A stretch of DNA of 64,000 nt from Eledone cirrhosa. Taxonomy: Eukaryota. The translations under genes and the position numbers were made by a program. How positions within the stretch are numbered: position 1 is the stretch's first letter; every line of letters starts with the position of its first letter. Positions 26,281 to 38,486 of the stretch are shown in pieces. The notes below the pieces were generated by a model, which saw only the letters and a program-made list of their open reading frames with translations, did not search any database and was not told the DNA's origin. Location of the stretch: assembly GCA_964016885.1 (NCBI GenBank), contig OZ024741.1:196540001-196604000 (forward strand), written 5' to 3'.

Positions 26281-27927
26281 CATTTAAAAAACATGTGGGA
26301 GAAGTATAGGAAATGGAAAGTGCAGAGGAGACAATCACATGGACAATTCCCACTCATTGGCTGCCTTCTGGGGATCATTATAGTTTCAGATGCTTTATAA
26401 GACAGGACTATTCACCAACAGTGCATCAATAGAATCCATGGAGTATTCATGATGAAAACACAACAGACGTTGGACAAAAAAAAGCACAAAACAAAACAAG
26501 AAGAAATATCTACATTCTGATATGGGACAGGAAAATTGCTACTATCGAAAGCAACAAGTTCATACCTGTCAAATTTCAGAAACTCTGGAAGGTGGCACAG
26601 GAGCAAATGCTCTAGTTACTTCTGGACTTCAGCATAAAATAAGGTATACTGGAAAAGTGCAGAACTTACAGAAACAGCAATAGAAACTAAATATCATGCA
26701 CTCCTGAAAAAAAGATTAATCCTGAAACACTCAAAACCTAAACTCCAAATTTGAAATCCTTGGAAAATTCAGAATGCATTCTAAAATCTTTATATACAGC
26801 CAATATGAAACAGATCAATGAACTACAGAACACAAACATACAGATATAGATCTGTATGTTATAACTTGTATGTATGAACCTGTAACTTCCGATAGAATCA
26901 TAGAGGTGCTGTAGTGACATTAGGGCATTTTACACCAGATCCTCTATATCTGAACATAGCCAATTTCTTCCGGTAAGGGAGAGCTTGAGAAAGGAAGTAA
27001 GAAAGCTATACAGAGGAAGAATCGATCCCAGTACTAGACTAATACTTTTTTATCAACCTTAAAAGGATGAAAGGAAAAGTTGATCATTGCAGGATTTGAC
27101 TGCAGTCTGCAAAGGGCTGGAATAACTATCACAAAACATTCTACCAGACATTCTAACAACTCTGCCAATTTGCTGCAATAACTTGAAATTCATACTTAGG
27201 TACTTTCATGCCAATGACAGATACACAAATTCATGCGTCCATGACCTTTGGCCACCAATTAAATCAATGGAAAAGCATGTCTCCACTTGCACCCTACATG
27301 TAGCCGTTTTCCTACAAACCACCTGACATATATTTGGTTTATATAAGATTTATATAAGTAGAAATATATTCATACATAGATGTGGTCATGTGTGTGTAGA
27401 AGGCATGCATGTGTGTGTGCATGTAATACTTGCAAGTACATGCGCATGCATGTTGGTGATATGCAAAGGTGTGCTGGTGTAGGTACTTATGTATGTATTA
27501 TGTATGTACATATGTATGTGTATATATATATATATATGTATGTATGTATATCAGGTTCTAATTCAGCTTTTGTGTACTTATTTCATTCCATTGTTTGGAT
27601 AAGGAAACTACCCAGACACCCTGAAAAAGTTTCTGTCACTGATGCAATGGGTAAAGTACTTTTTATCGATTTTGACTTTTTCAAACTGAATTGTTTGAAT
27701 CTTTTAATTTGTTTTTACGCATTTCTATTTTCTTGTTATAACCTTTTTACATGGCCAAAACCCATGTTGTACAATCCTGTACCGTTCTGTGCTGTCTGTA
27801 ATGTTTTTCTTCATGTTAGTCCTTGTGGCCAATAAAGAAACCGGGGTCGATAAAATAAAGTACCAGTAATACACTGGGTAATTGCTGGCCTTGTGCCTAA
27901 CGTAGAAACAATTATTATTATTATTAT

Positions 27928-30900
27928 TCTTTAAGTCTCAGTCATTGATGTTATTTAAATGGAAAGTTTGTTCAGATTGAATATCAAGCCGCTACCTGCA
28001 GCTTCAGATATTCAGGACGTATCAGAGGGTTCTTGCTGTTCCCAGCAAGCATGCCTTTTGAAGTGTTCCAAAAAAGGGGGCTGGACTAATGTTCTTTAAC
28101 CATCCTTGAAAACTCTTTGAGATAGTACCTAGTGCTCCTATGACAATCAGGATGACCTTGATCTCATGACAGCCCCAAATCCTTTTTAACTCCCACTATA
28201 AATCCTGGTATCGGTTAATTTTCTCCTTCTCCTTTTCTTGCACTCTTGTGTCAAAGGGGCAGGCTACATCTACAATCAGGCACAATCTTTTTTCCTCGTC
28301 AAAAACCATCAAGTCAGGCCTGTTGTGCTCTAATTTCTTATCTGTCTGTATCCTGAAATCCCATAGCACCTTCACTTGATCGTTTTCTATCACCGATTCT
28401 GACTTATGCTCATACCACTTCTCAGAATGTGGTAAATTGTTTAGTTTGCATAGATGCCAGTGAATCACCTTTCCTATTATATCATGCCTCCCGCCTTTAT
28501 AGTGGATCCACAGATCCTACACAGTGAGCTAGCCTCCTCCTTGTCAATATGGTGTTTCACCCACTTCGTTCTGGGGGCTTGTCCTTGTGCAGCCATTAGC
28601 CTTCCTTCTGTAGCTTTTTTAAGGTCTCCTCTATTCAACCAACTCCATGCCTGTGGATCTCTGAATTCCGTTTTCTTAAAGAAAGTGCTATGAAGGGATT
28701 TTTCATGAAGGTTGCTCTTCCTGCTTGTTGTTATTTCCTCCTTGGACATCCCCTGGTCTATTGTCTTCTCCTTCAGTACAACTTTGAGCATTGGCTCCCT
28801 ACTCTCAGACACATATTTGTGCAGACTGTTTTTATCCATCTGAACACAGTCCTCTATGCTGATAAGACCTCTTTAAGTAGAATCTATCAACATCACTCCT
28901 CTTGTGGAACATGCTGTAGGTAGTCATTAGCTTCCTAGTCTTTCTATCCATTTCTTTTTGTTCAGTAACATTCCATTTCAGAATTCCCGCACTGTACCTA
29001 ATAATAGACACAGCTCAGAAATTTACTGCATTTATGACATTCCTATCATTTTAGTGTTCTTGATGTTGTCTGCCTCTAGAACACCCAAATATTTGTATCC
29101 CTCTTCAGTGTCGATTTCATTTATCATCTCACCTGTTGGTACCTGGATTCTGTTGCTTCTGTTCAATATACCCCTCTTCATCATTAGGACTCCACACTTA
29201 TTAACACCAAATTCCATACATATATCACTGCTGAAAATACGGACAGTGTTAACAAATACATCTAACTCCTTCTCACTTTTCCCAAAGAATTTTAGGTCAT
29301 CCATGAAGAGGAGATGGTTGATGGTAAGCTCTCCTCTTCCCAGCTTGTATCCTGCTTTCACTTTTCGCAATATGAGGGACAAGGGTATGAGGGTAAGGAC
29401 AAACAACAAAGGGGACAAACTATCTCCTTGGAAGATACCTCTCTTGATCTTCCTGCTTCCTAAGGATTCTCCACCTGATGTTATCTCTGTTTCCCAGGAC
29501 TTCATACTTTTTCTTGATAGCTGTCTGATGTTGTCTGCCACCTTGAAGATCTCTAGGCTTTTGGTTATCCAAGAATGAGGAACCATGTCAAATGCCTTCT
29601 TGTAATCTATCCATCCAAAGGCAAGACCAGTATGCCTCCTCTTGCAATTCCTTATTACCATATTATCAATAAGTTACTGGTATTTTGTACCACAGGACTT
29701 CTTTCGACATCCTTTCTGTTTGTCCGGCAATAAGTTGTTTATGTGGAGGTGATAGTAGATTTCCTCAGACACAATGCTTGTTAACAGTTTCCAAATTACG
29801 GACAGACATGTAATAGGCCTATAGTTGGTAGCCTCATTACCCTTGATTCGGTCTTTCATTACCAGAACTGTGGTACCTTTTGTCAACCACTCTGGTACTT
29901 CACCCGACACCAAGCAGTCATTCAACATGTCTGTCAGTTTTGGGTGGAGCGATGTTATATTTTTAAACCAATACCCCTGCACACCATCTGGGCCTGGTGA
30001 TTTCCAGTTGGTTAGTTTTTTGGTCTGCATTTTAAGAGTTTCAACTGTGATACTCAAATCAGGTTGTTGGCGTGCTTGTTCACTAATCTTCTTTTAAACT
30101 GTCTTAATCTACACTGCCTGACTATCATGTTCAACATCCTGCTCTCATATTCCTCCCCAGAATGCCTTAGTCTATTCAGCTTCAGGGATCACGTCGTTAC
30201 TTCTTTCTTTCCCCCAAGCTGTTCAAATAACATCTTCTGGTCATTGTCAAACATGCGATTCTGTCTATACTGACTAATTCTGTCCTCATATCGCCTAATC
30301 TTTGCACTTTTTGCTACTATACGTTACTTCAGCTCCTCTATGATAACATTTAGCACTTTTTCTTTAGTTTTGTATTTTATTTTCAATCTATCTTTAGAGT
30401 CTATGTTTTTTAATGTCCCGTTTAGTAAAGACTCAAGCTTTCCAATGTCTTTTCTCATTTCCTTGATTTGACCATTCAGTCGTTTCTTCCACCAAGGCTC
30501 TGATCTTTCTTGTTTGTTGTTTCCTCTCATTTTTATACAAAGTAATTTTTTCACCACATTTGTGGTTGATTTGAGGATATTGTTGCATTGGTGACGGTTC
30601 CTCGCCTCAAGGTATGGGATGAACCTGTTTACCTTTGCTGTCGTTTCTTTTAATTTTTTCATAGGCTTTTCACTATCATTGTTCATTTCATCTACCACTA
30701 AATTCAGAATATCAACAAAATCTTTCCCTAGCCTGTCAGCATTCATTTCCTCAATGGCCGTATCTTTGTTCCAGATGTTATTTATTTCAGCATTCAGATC
30801 ATTGTCTGCTTCGCTTCCTTGGGTCTCTCACCCTCATTTCCCACAGGCTCATTTGCCTGATATACCCCACTCTACATTTCCAACTCAATCTCTCTGCTCA

Positions 30901-31280
30901 GTTCCTCCAGTTCCAACTCGCTTATCCATCCATTAGTTCTTATTACACGAGCCTGACTGGCCAATTTTTGTTACGTAATTTAAATAGATCAGTCTTGTTC
31001 CAGATGTTATCCATCCGTTTCCTATAGCCTTTTTCCATGGGGTTACTCTTAGGTAACATTTCATGACGGTTCTATTCAATTCTTTCACTCAGTTGGTTCT
31101 TGCCCCATTCCTTCTTCTCCCTCCAATACCAGCAGTATTTGGATGACAGTCAGGTCCCTGCTGCAGAGCAAGGGAGCACTTGCTGGGTGAGTCTTTCACA
31201 TGAAGTTCCAGCCTCCTTTTCACCGTTATTCGAACTGTCTAGGTTCGGCATTTAAACACTCATATCGACGATTAGTGAAT
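27928..31280 (-). mobile_element. Near full-length decayed R4/Dong-like non-LTR retrotransposon (RT plus RLE)
   Basis: N-terminal VMKCYL.SNP..KGYRKRM. RT motifs NWKSPGPDG, YRPITCL, WIDYKKAFDMVPH, GIFQGDSLSPLLF, HLLFMDDLK, YKYLG. C-terminal CRICG and LWDF.IQTD...HNRPD...IVDVACP. The 3' end abuts an (ATT)n/(TAA)n tract. Confidence 0.88.
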
Positions 31281-33138
31281 TTAAGGTTGCACCACTACCA
31301 GTGTTTTTAGTGTGACACCATCACGTTAAAACAAGAAAAAATTAAGTTTTGGCGCAATTTATGTGACATTTATCTCTCATTATTTTTTGTGCTGTTTTTA
31401 ATATTTTCCTAATCTGAATCCTGTTTATAACGGCCCTTTCCAATCTAAGTTCAAATCCCGCCAAGGTTAACTTTGCCTTTCATCCTTACAGGGTTGATAA
31501 AATAAAGTACCAGTAATACACTGGGTTATTGCTGGCCTTGTGCCAAAAGTAGAAACAATTATTATTATTTTACAGGGTCGATAAAATAGGGCCCTAGTAA
31601 TACACTGGGGCAATTGCTGGCCCTGTGCCAAAAGCAGAAACAACCACCATTATCATCAGCATCTATCCATTTATGGTCTGAGCACAAATCCTGCCGAGGT
31701 CAATCGCTGGCCCTGTGCCAAAAGCAGAAACAATTATTATTATCATCAGCATCTACCATTTATGGTCTGAACACAAATCCCACCGAGGTCAACCCCGCTC
31801 TTCACCTCTACGGGGTCGACAAGACAAAGCACCAGCAATACACTGGGGCAATCGCTGGCTCTGTTCCAAAAGTAGAAACAACCATTATCATCAGCATCGC
31901 CACCATCAACATCAACAAATCATTATCATTTTCATTTTTCAGTTGTAGTTGTGGTAGTGGCGGTGGTGGTGGGGTGGGTGGGTATCATTGTAATGTTTGA
32001 ATATCTGACTTTTTTTGTTTTACAGCAATGGTATACTTCTGCTGCAGATATGTGAGGAGCTGGGTCTGTGTGTTACCAACACCATGTTTCAGCAAAAGAA
32101 TAAGTTTAAGACCACATGGATGCATCCTGCATCTATAGAATGGCATCTTCTGGACTACATCCTTGTCAGGATGCATGACACACAGAATGTGCAGTGTGTA
32201 CGTGTTCTTCGTGGGGCTGAGTGTTGGATGGATCACCTCCTGGTACGTGCTAAAGTGAAATTAACTACAAAACGTAAAATCCGGGCTGTTGGGGTTACCC
32301 TGCTTAAAAGACTAAATGTTGCTCGTCTTGGAGATAATAGTGTGAAGAGGACATTGTGAGAAGAAATGAATGTTGCAGATATTGGTGAGGATTGGCCAAC
32401 CCTTAAAACGTCAGTCTATAATATAGGCAGGCATGTTCTGGGATTGGTACAAAGAAAGCATCAAGCCTGGTTTAAAGAAAATGATGAACATATAGATGAA
32501 TTGTTGGCTGATAAGAGGCATGCTCTGACATGCTACTTGGCAGGAAAACCACAGGAGAAGAATATGTTGCTTAAGGAACTCAAGGATGTGAAATCACATG
32601 TGAGGCTGAGACTCTCTCAGATGAAGGATAAGTGGTGGAGTGAGAAGGCTGATGAGATACAAGCTGCATCAGATTCCAATAACACAAAGCTGTTGTACAA
32701 TCTCTTATGTGAAGTTTATGGACCGTCTTCTTCTCTGGTGACACCGTTTCACAGCAGAGATGGCAGGGAACTTCTTCATGACTTACAGGGAATTCTGTGA
32801 AGGTGGCAAGAGCACTTTGATGAACTTTTGAATCAGCCGTCTGTTGTCAATGAAGATTTCCTCAATCTCATCCCTGAAAAACCTGTGAAGTAGCTCTCGC
32901 AGAACTACCAACATTAGAGGAAGTTGCAGTAGCTGTCTCGAAGCTGAACAGCGAAAGGTCTCCAGGTATGGATGGCATACATGCAAAGCTCTTACAATAT
33001 GGTGGTGAGAGACTTCTGCAACATCTTCACTCTTTGTTTGGCAGGGTATGGGCTAATGAATCCGTACCTGAGGACTGCAGAGATGCAGTAATGGTAGTCT
33101 TGTATAAGGGAAAGGACAACAAGAATGATTGTGGAAAC

Positions 33139-33579
33139 TTTAGTGAGTTGGTCCCAGGGTTACTTACTCCAGTAAGTACCACTGGATCCCAACTACTAAA
33201 TTTAATAGAAATAAGAGATAGGAGAATTTTCAAACAATTTCATTTCGCGTGAGAATTATCTCTCACTACATTTGAAGTAATAACTGAAGCATAATAAGTT
33301 TCTCAAGACGAGTATCAAAATAACTTGCGTTTATTGTAGTCTGTATGTTACAAATGTGGTAAACAAATGTACCTCGTGGCATGACAAGGTATAATCCTGA
33401 ACCATAAGATGTGGTTGGAAAAAGGTTAGCATGTTTGCACTCGATGTGATCACGGCAAAAGAGGTGGAGATGAATTTCAGTTCCATCTATATAATCCCTT
33501 GAACGGAAGTTAACAGGAAGGTTCTAGAATTTCAATGGGAAGTTACTCTAGCTACTTCCCTTGTCTAGAGAGCGCTACA
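33139..33579 (-). repeat. 3' LTR (441 bp)
   Basis: Direct repeat of 38031-38486, about 16 substitutions plus two indels by manual count. Purine-rich PPT GAGAGGGGAG adjacent (~33584-33593). Confidence 0.95.
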
Positions 33580-36500
33580 AGACTCCCCTCTCAGACGAGA
33601 AGTCGAATAATCAATCGAAGGTCATTGTAGCGAGAACCCGTAAGAAATGAGGAGCAAAACAAAAGATACAAGAAAATGAATGAATAAAAACATGAGCAAG
33701 CAAATAGCAAAGGAGCACAAAACAAGTAAATGCATTTTACAAAGAAACATGTGAATGTAACAAACTGATAATTCAAAGTCAATATAAGGGAGCAGAGAAA
33801 ATTAATGCTCAATGGTAAGTTCAAAGTTTTTCAAAGTCAAATAGTTCATACATCACCAGTGTACAGACTTTCTGACACCAGTTCTATCTGAAAACTGAAA
33901 AATAATTTTGTTAATGCCACTAGGGGTTAGATGTATATTGTTTTTGAGAGTTTTCGTGGCCATTTTACCGTCCTGCCACCTCGTGTGACATAAGGTTGTG
34001 TGGTATGTAGTGTTTGCGGTGGAGGTGAAGGTGTTGGTGTGGGAGTGTATGTACGAGGTATGTCAAGCAGTGTAATGAGACTTTCAGAGAAAGCCTTCTT
34101 TGCTCTGTCAATGGATATTGTCTCTTTTCGACCATTGACATCCACTGTGAAATGTTTGGGTGTGTGCGAAAGCACATGAAAAGGTCCCTTGGCGGAATCA
34201 TTCCGTATAAAAATGTGTGTCCACGTAGAGATGTCCGATGGGACAGCAGAAGAAGTAGATGGTCACGAGGGTTCATTGGTAGAAGATCCAAGAAATACGA
34301 ACGAATCCTGGTGACATATGATGCTGGGTCAAGATGCGATGAATCCACCGGTGCTAACATTTGTCCAGGAAGAGACAATGTGGCACCATAAAGAAGTTCA
34401 ACAGAAGAAAAACCTAAATCTGTCTTAATGGCAGAACGACAACCAAGAAGTACGATTGGCAAAAATTCGGTCCAACATTGCGCATCAGGAGTAGCGCGAA
34501 GTGCAGCTTTCAACTGTCTATGAAACCTCTCCACCATTCCATTGGAGGCTGGGTGATAGCTGGTCGTATGAATGTGATGAGCACCCAAGAATCGTGATAT
34601 TTCACGAAATAAGGAAGCTTCAAACGATCGATACAAGTCAAGAGAAACGATCGATACAAGTCAATATATATGTGAACCCACGACTAACGGGCCACGGACC
34701 AACAATATCCATGTGAATATGACAGAAAGGTGCGTCTGGCGGGCTGAATTTCCCAAGAGGAGCGCGGACATGCCGATAAATTTTAGAGCGCTGACACTTC
34801 AAACAAGAACGTGCCCAACCATTGATTAAACGACGCATATTAGGCCAGAAAAATCAAGCCGTAATAAGCTTCACCGTGGCAGCTATGCCAGGATGCGACA
34901 AGGAATGAAGTGCATCAAAAACGGTACGCTGATGACAATCTGGAACAAGTGGTCTGGGTGAGCCAGTAGAAATATCGCAAAGAATTTTTCCTTCAGAAGA
35001 TGGAAGAGGTAAATATTCCAATTTGCAGCAGGAGAACTGGTCAGAGGAAATGTCCAACGAATCCAAAGTAGGTTGGTCAGTTGCTATGGCAACCAAATCG
35101 ATGTGTGCAGGAGACGCAAGAGAACACACAGAAAGTCGAGATAGTGCGTCTGCGGGTATGTTAGCAGTTCCAGCTATATATCGAATGTCACTGGTATACT
35201 GGGAGATGAGATCCAGATGCCTATACGCACTCGGAGAGTACCTGTCGGACTTGGTTTGAAGAGCGAATGTGAGTGGTTTATGGTCTGTGAATACCGTGAA
35301 CTCCCGACCTTCAAGAAGATGGTGGAAGTGTCTCACAGCAAGATAAATCACTAAAAGCTCTCTGTCAAAAGTACTGTAATGTTGCTCTGCTGGTTTTAGT
35401 TGGCATGAGAAGAACGCCAGTGGTTGAACCTGGTGATCGATCAAATGTTGCAAAACTGCTCCAACAGCATGATCGGATGCATCAACAGATAAAGAAAGTC
35501 TCGCGTTTGCAACAGGATCGGCGAGGAAAGAAACTTCAGCTAGCTCAGACTTGGCGTATTCAAAAGACTGCAAAGCATCGGCAGAAAGTGATATAGGAGC
35601 ATCTTTCTATTTTGCAGCCTTTAAAAACTGTGTCAAGGGGAACAACTTGTCCGCACAGTTAGGAATGAAACAACGATAAAAGTTAATTACGTCATTTCCC
35701 AAGAAATGACGTAATTGTTTCAAGGATGTGGGTGGTGCGATATGTTGAATCGCTTCTACCTTAGATGGCAAGGGTCGTATGCCTTCCGAATCTATAAGAT
35801 GTCCAAGGAATTCTAGTGAAGCTGTACCAAACACACATTTAGCTGGGTTGATTCTGACTTGGTACGATCGGAGACGTTGAAATAACTGGGATAGATGTTG
35901 ATGATGGTGCTCAGCTGAGTCACTGGCTATCAGGAGATCATCAACGTAAGCAAACACAAAATCCAATCCACGCGTGACTACATCGATAAAACACTGGAAC
36001 GTGCTAGAGGCATTCCGCAAGCCAAAAGGCATGGACAGAAATTCAAACGAACCAAAATGGGTGGTCACAGCTGTTTTTGGTATGTCTTCTGGATGCATGG
36101 TAAGCCCGTACCAGATCTATTTTAGAAATATCTTGCATCCATGCAGAACGGATGAAAAATCCTGTAAATTCGGTAAAGGATAACGATCAGGTGTTGTGAT
36201 AGCGTTAAGTCGTCTATAATCTCCCACAGGTCTAAAATCCACTTCACCCTTACGAGCCAAATGAAGCGGAGATGCCCATGGGCTGGTTGACGGTTGTATA
36301 AGAACAAACTGAAGCATGTGTTCGAACTCATCCTTGGCTTTCTTTAGCCTGTCCGGAGCCAACTTACATGGACGAGAAAAAACAGGCAGAGCAGTTGTTG
36401 TAATAAAATGTCGAGTCGAGTGGACTACTTGATTCGGTTTAAATGAAATGTCCGTTAACTCGGGAAACGAGGCAAGAAGTGAAGGAAACTGGTTTCCAGA

Positions 36501-38030
36501 GGCAGCTATAAAACACGCGGGACTTATGACAGTAGTAGTAGACTTACGAGCAGGCGTAGATAAGGATGTGGTACCATCCACAAGTTTGTCTCCTGACATC
36601 TACCACCAGTGAATAGTGGTATAAAAAATCAGCACCAAGAATAGGATGAGGTATGTCCGCAACGACGAAAATCCATTTGAAATCTCAACGCAAGGCTAGG
36701 TCGAATGATAAAGATATTTGTCCATAAGTTTTTATAGGAGACTGGTTTACTGCATACAAGGAAATGCCGGAAAAATTTGGCTTGGTAGAGCTGAACCGAA
36801 GAGGCCAAATGCTGCAACTAGATCATGTGACGACCATAAATGATTTGTTTAAACTCGGTCTCTGATAAAGAAAGCATGATAAGGTGAATTAATGAGGGAG
36901 AGGTCTCGAAAAAGCAGGGCTGAATACAATGTCTCGCCTTTTCACGAAAACGCACGTGATACCAACACAAAGAGGAGTTGTTGGCGGGGTGGTTGGCGCG
37001 ATGATGAAGAGAAGGAGACCGATTCTGTGAACGCCACCTGGATGGCGCTCGCTCCCGACACAGTTTAGCCACTTGACGAGTTAACACGTCAATGTCTCTC
37101 AACATTGAGTCCTCACGAGGTGAAGCAGAAGAAGCGACGAGTGAATCTGCCGAAGTAGGCACACGAGAAAATTCCATAATGCGATCCGCCGAGGCTGCAA
37201 TTTGTTCCAGAGAACTGGTGTCGACCATATTTGCCAATATGGTCTGCACAGTTCCCGGATGCGCCGTAAAAACTGAGACAGGGTTCTATCTCCCAGGCTC
37301 TCCTCCTCCAACAAGGAACGAAATCTGCTCTCAGACGAACGGCTGTTCCATCTGAGCACTTCTGCCTTTAGGATTTCGTAAGATGTGCCTTGTGGGGGAT
37401 CTGTGATTATGTCTTTCACTGAGGTTGCGAGCGATGCAGGAATTCCACTTATGAGCACGTGTAATCTTTGTTGTGCCGCTTGAACGCCGTGGGCAGCAAA
37501 ATACGAGTCCAGTTGTGCAAACCACAACTTTGCATCACCAGAATATGTCGGTAACGAAGAATTGCTCATGATGAACACAGTAGCCGCTGAGCGAAACTTT
37601 TTTCAACTGCCGCACACGTGGTTTAACTTTCATGAACCCGCCAACGACAACATATTTGAAAGGAAAAAATTAGCTGTATTTTCAAAATTATAGGCGCACG
37701 TGGTGGTACCATGAATAGCTGAAGTAAAATGTAGCACCAAGCAAGTAAGATGGCGAAACGAAAGCTTGGCTGAACCGACGACACGAGGGACAAAAATTTT
37801 GTTTTCTATTTTGTTCGCTCCACACGAACTGACTGAAATAAAACGAATTTCCTGGAGTCGTGAATAATTTTTTTTTTCTGTGTAGTTGTTGGGTTTACCA
37901 TTTTAGTGGAGTTGTTTAGCAATATATTGTGTAGCAATAAATTGTAATAGTGTATGAAAATATTTGTCATTACTTTTATATACTGTTGAATAAATGAATT
38001 GGTTTTTGCTGCGTATTCAGGGTCACCACT

Positions 38031-38486
38031 TTTAGTGAATTGGTCCCAGGGTTACTTACTCCAGTAAGTACCACCGGATCCCAACTACTAAATTTAATAG
38101 AAATAAGAGATAGTAGAATTTTCATACAATTTCATTTCGCGTGAGAATTATCTCTCACTACATTTGAAGTAATAACCGAAGCATAATAAGTTTCTCAAAA
38201 CGAGTATCAAAATAACTTGCGTTTATTGTAGTCTGTATGTTACAAATGTGGTAAGCAAATGTACCTCGTGGCATGACAAGGTATAATCCTGAACCATAAG
38301 ATGTGGTTGGAAAAAGGTTAGTATGTTTGCACTCGATGTGATCACTTCATGGGTTGATCGGCAAAAGAGCGGGAGATGAATTTCAGTTCCATCTTTTATA
38401 ATCCCTTGAACGGAAGTTAAAAGGAAGGTTCTAGAATTTCAACGGGAAGTAACTCTAGCTACTTCCCTTATCTAGACAGCGCTACA
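38031..38486 (-). repeat. 5' LTR (456 bp)
   Basis: Starts TGTAGC on the minus strand and is followed by PBS TGGTGACCC (38028-38020), complementary to a tRNA-Trp-type 3' end. Confidence 0.95.

Larger units (their letters stand above)
33139..38486 (-). mobile_element. Gypsy/Ty3 LTR retrotransposon, complete outline, frameshifted gag-pol
   Basis: Paired LTRs, 4-bp TSD AAAC (33135-38 and 38487-90), PBS and PPT. Gag (37578-36900), RT with YVDD, RNase H (DASD..YSTFDRELL), integrase (H..H/C..C, SNGMVERFHR), in RT-RH-IN order. Confidence 0.96.

Noticed and set aside
25440-26990. Possible very old Penelope RT/GIY-YIG remnants
   Set aside because: Only faint motif echoes with no sustained reading frame. 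Cannot be supported without an HMM search.
27380-27835. 151-aa ORF and similar YIYIYI/CVCV ORFs
   Set aside because: Products of (TA)n/(TG)n microsatellite and low-complexity sequence, with no protein signal.
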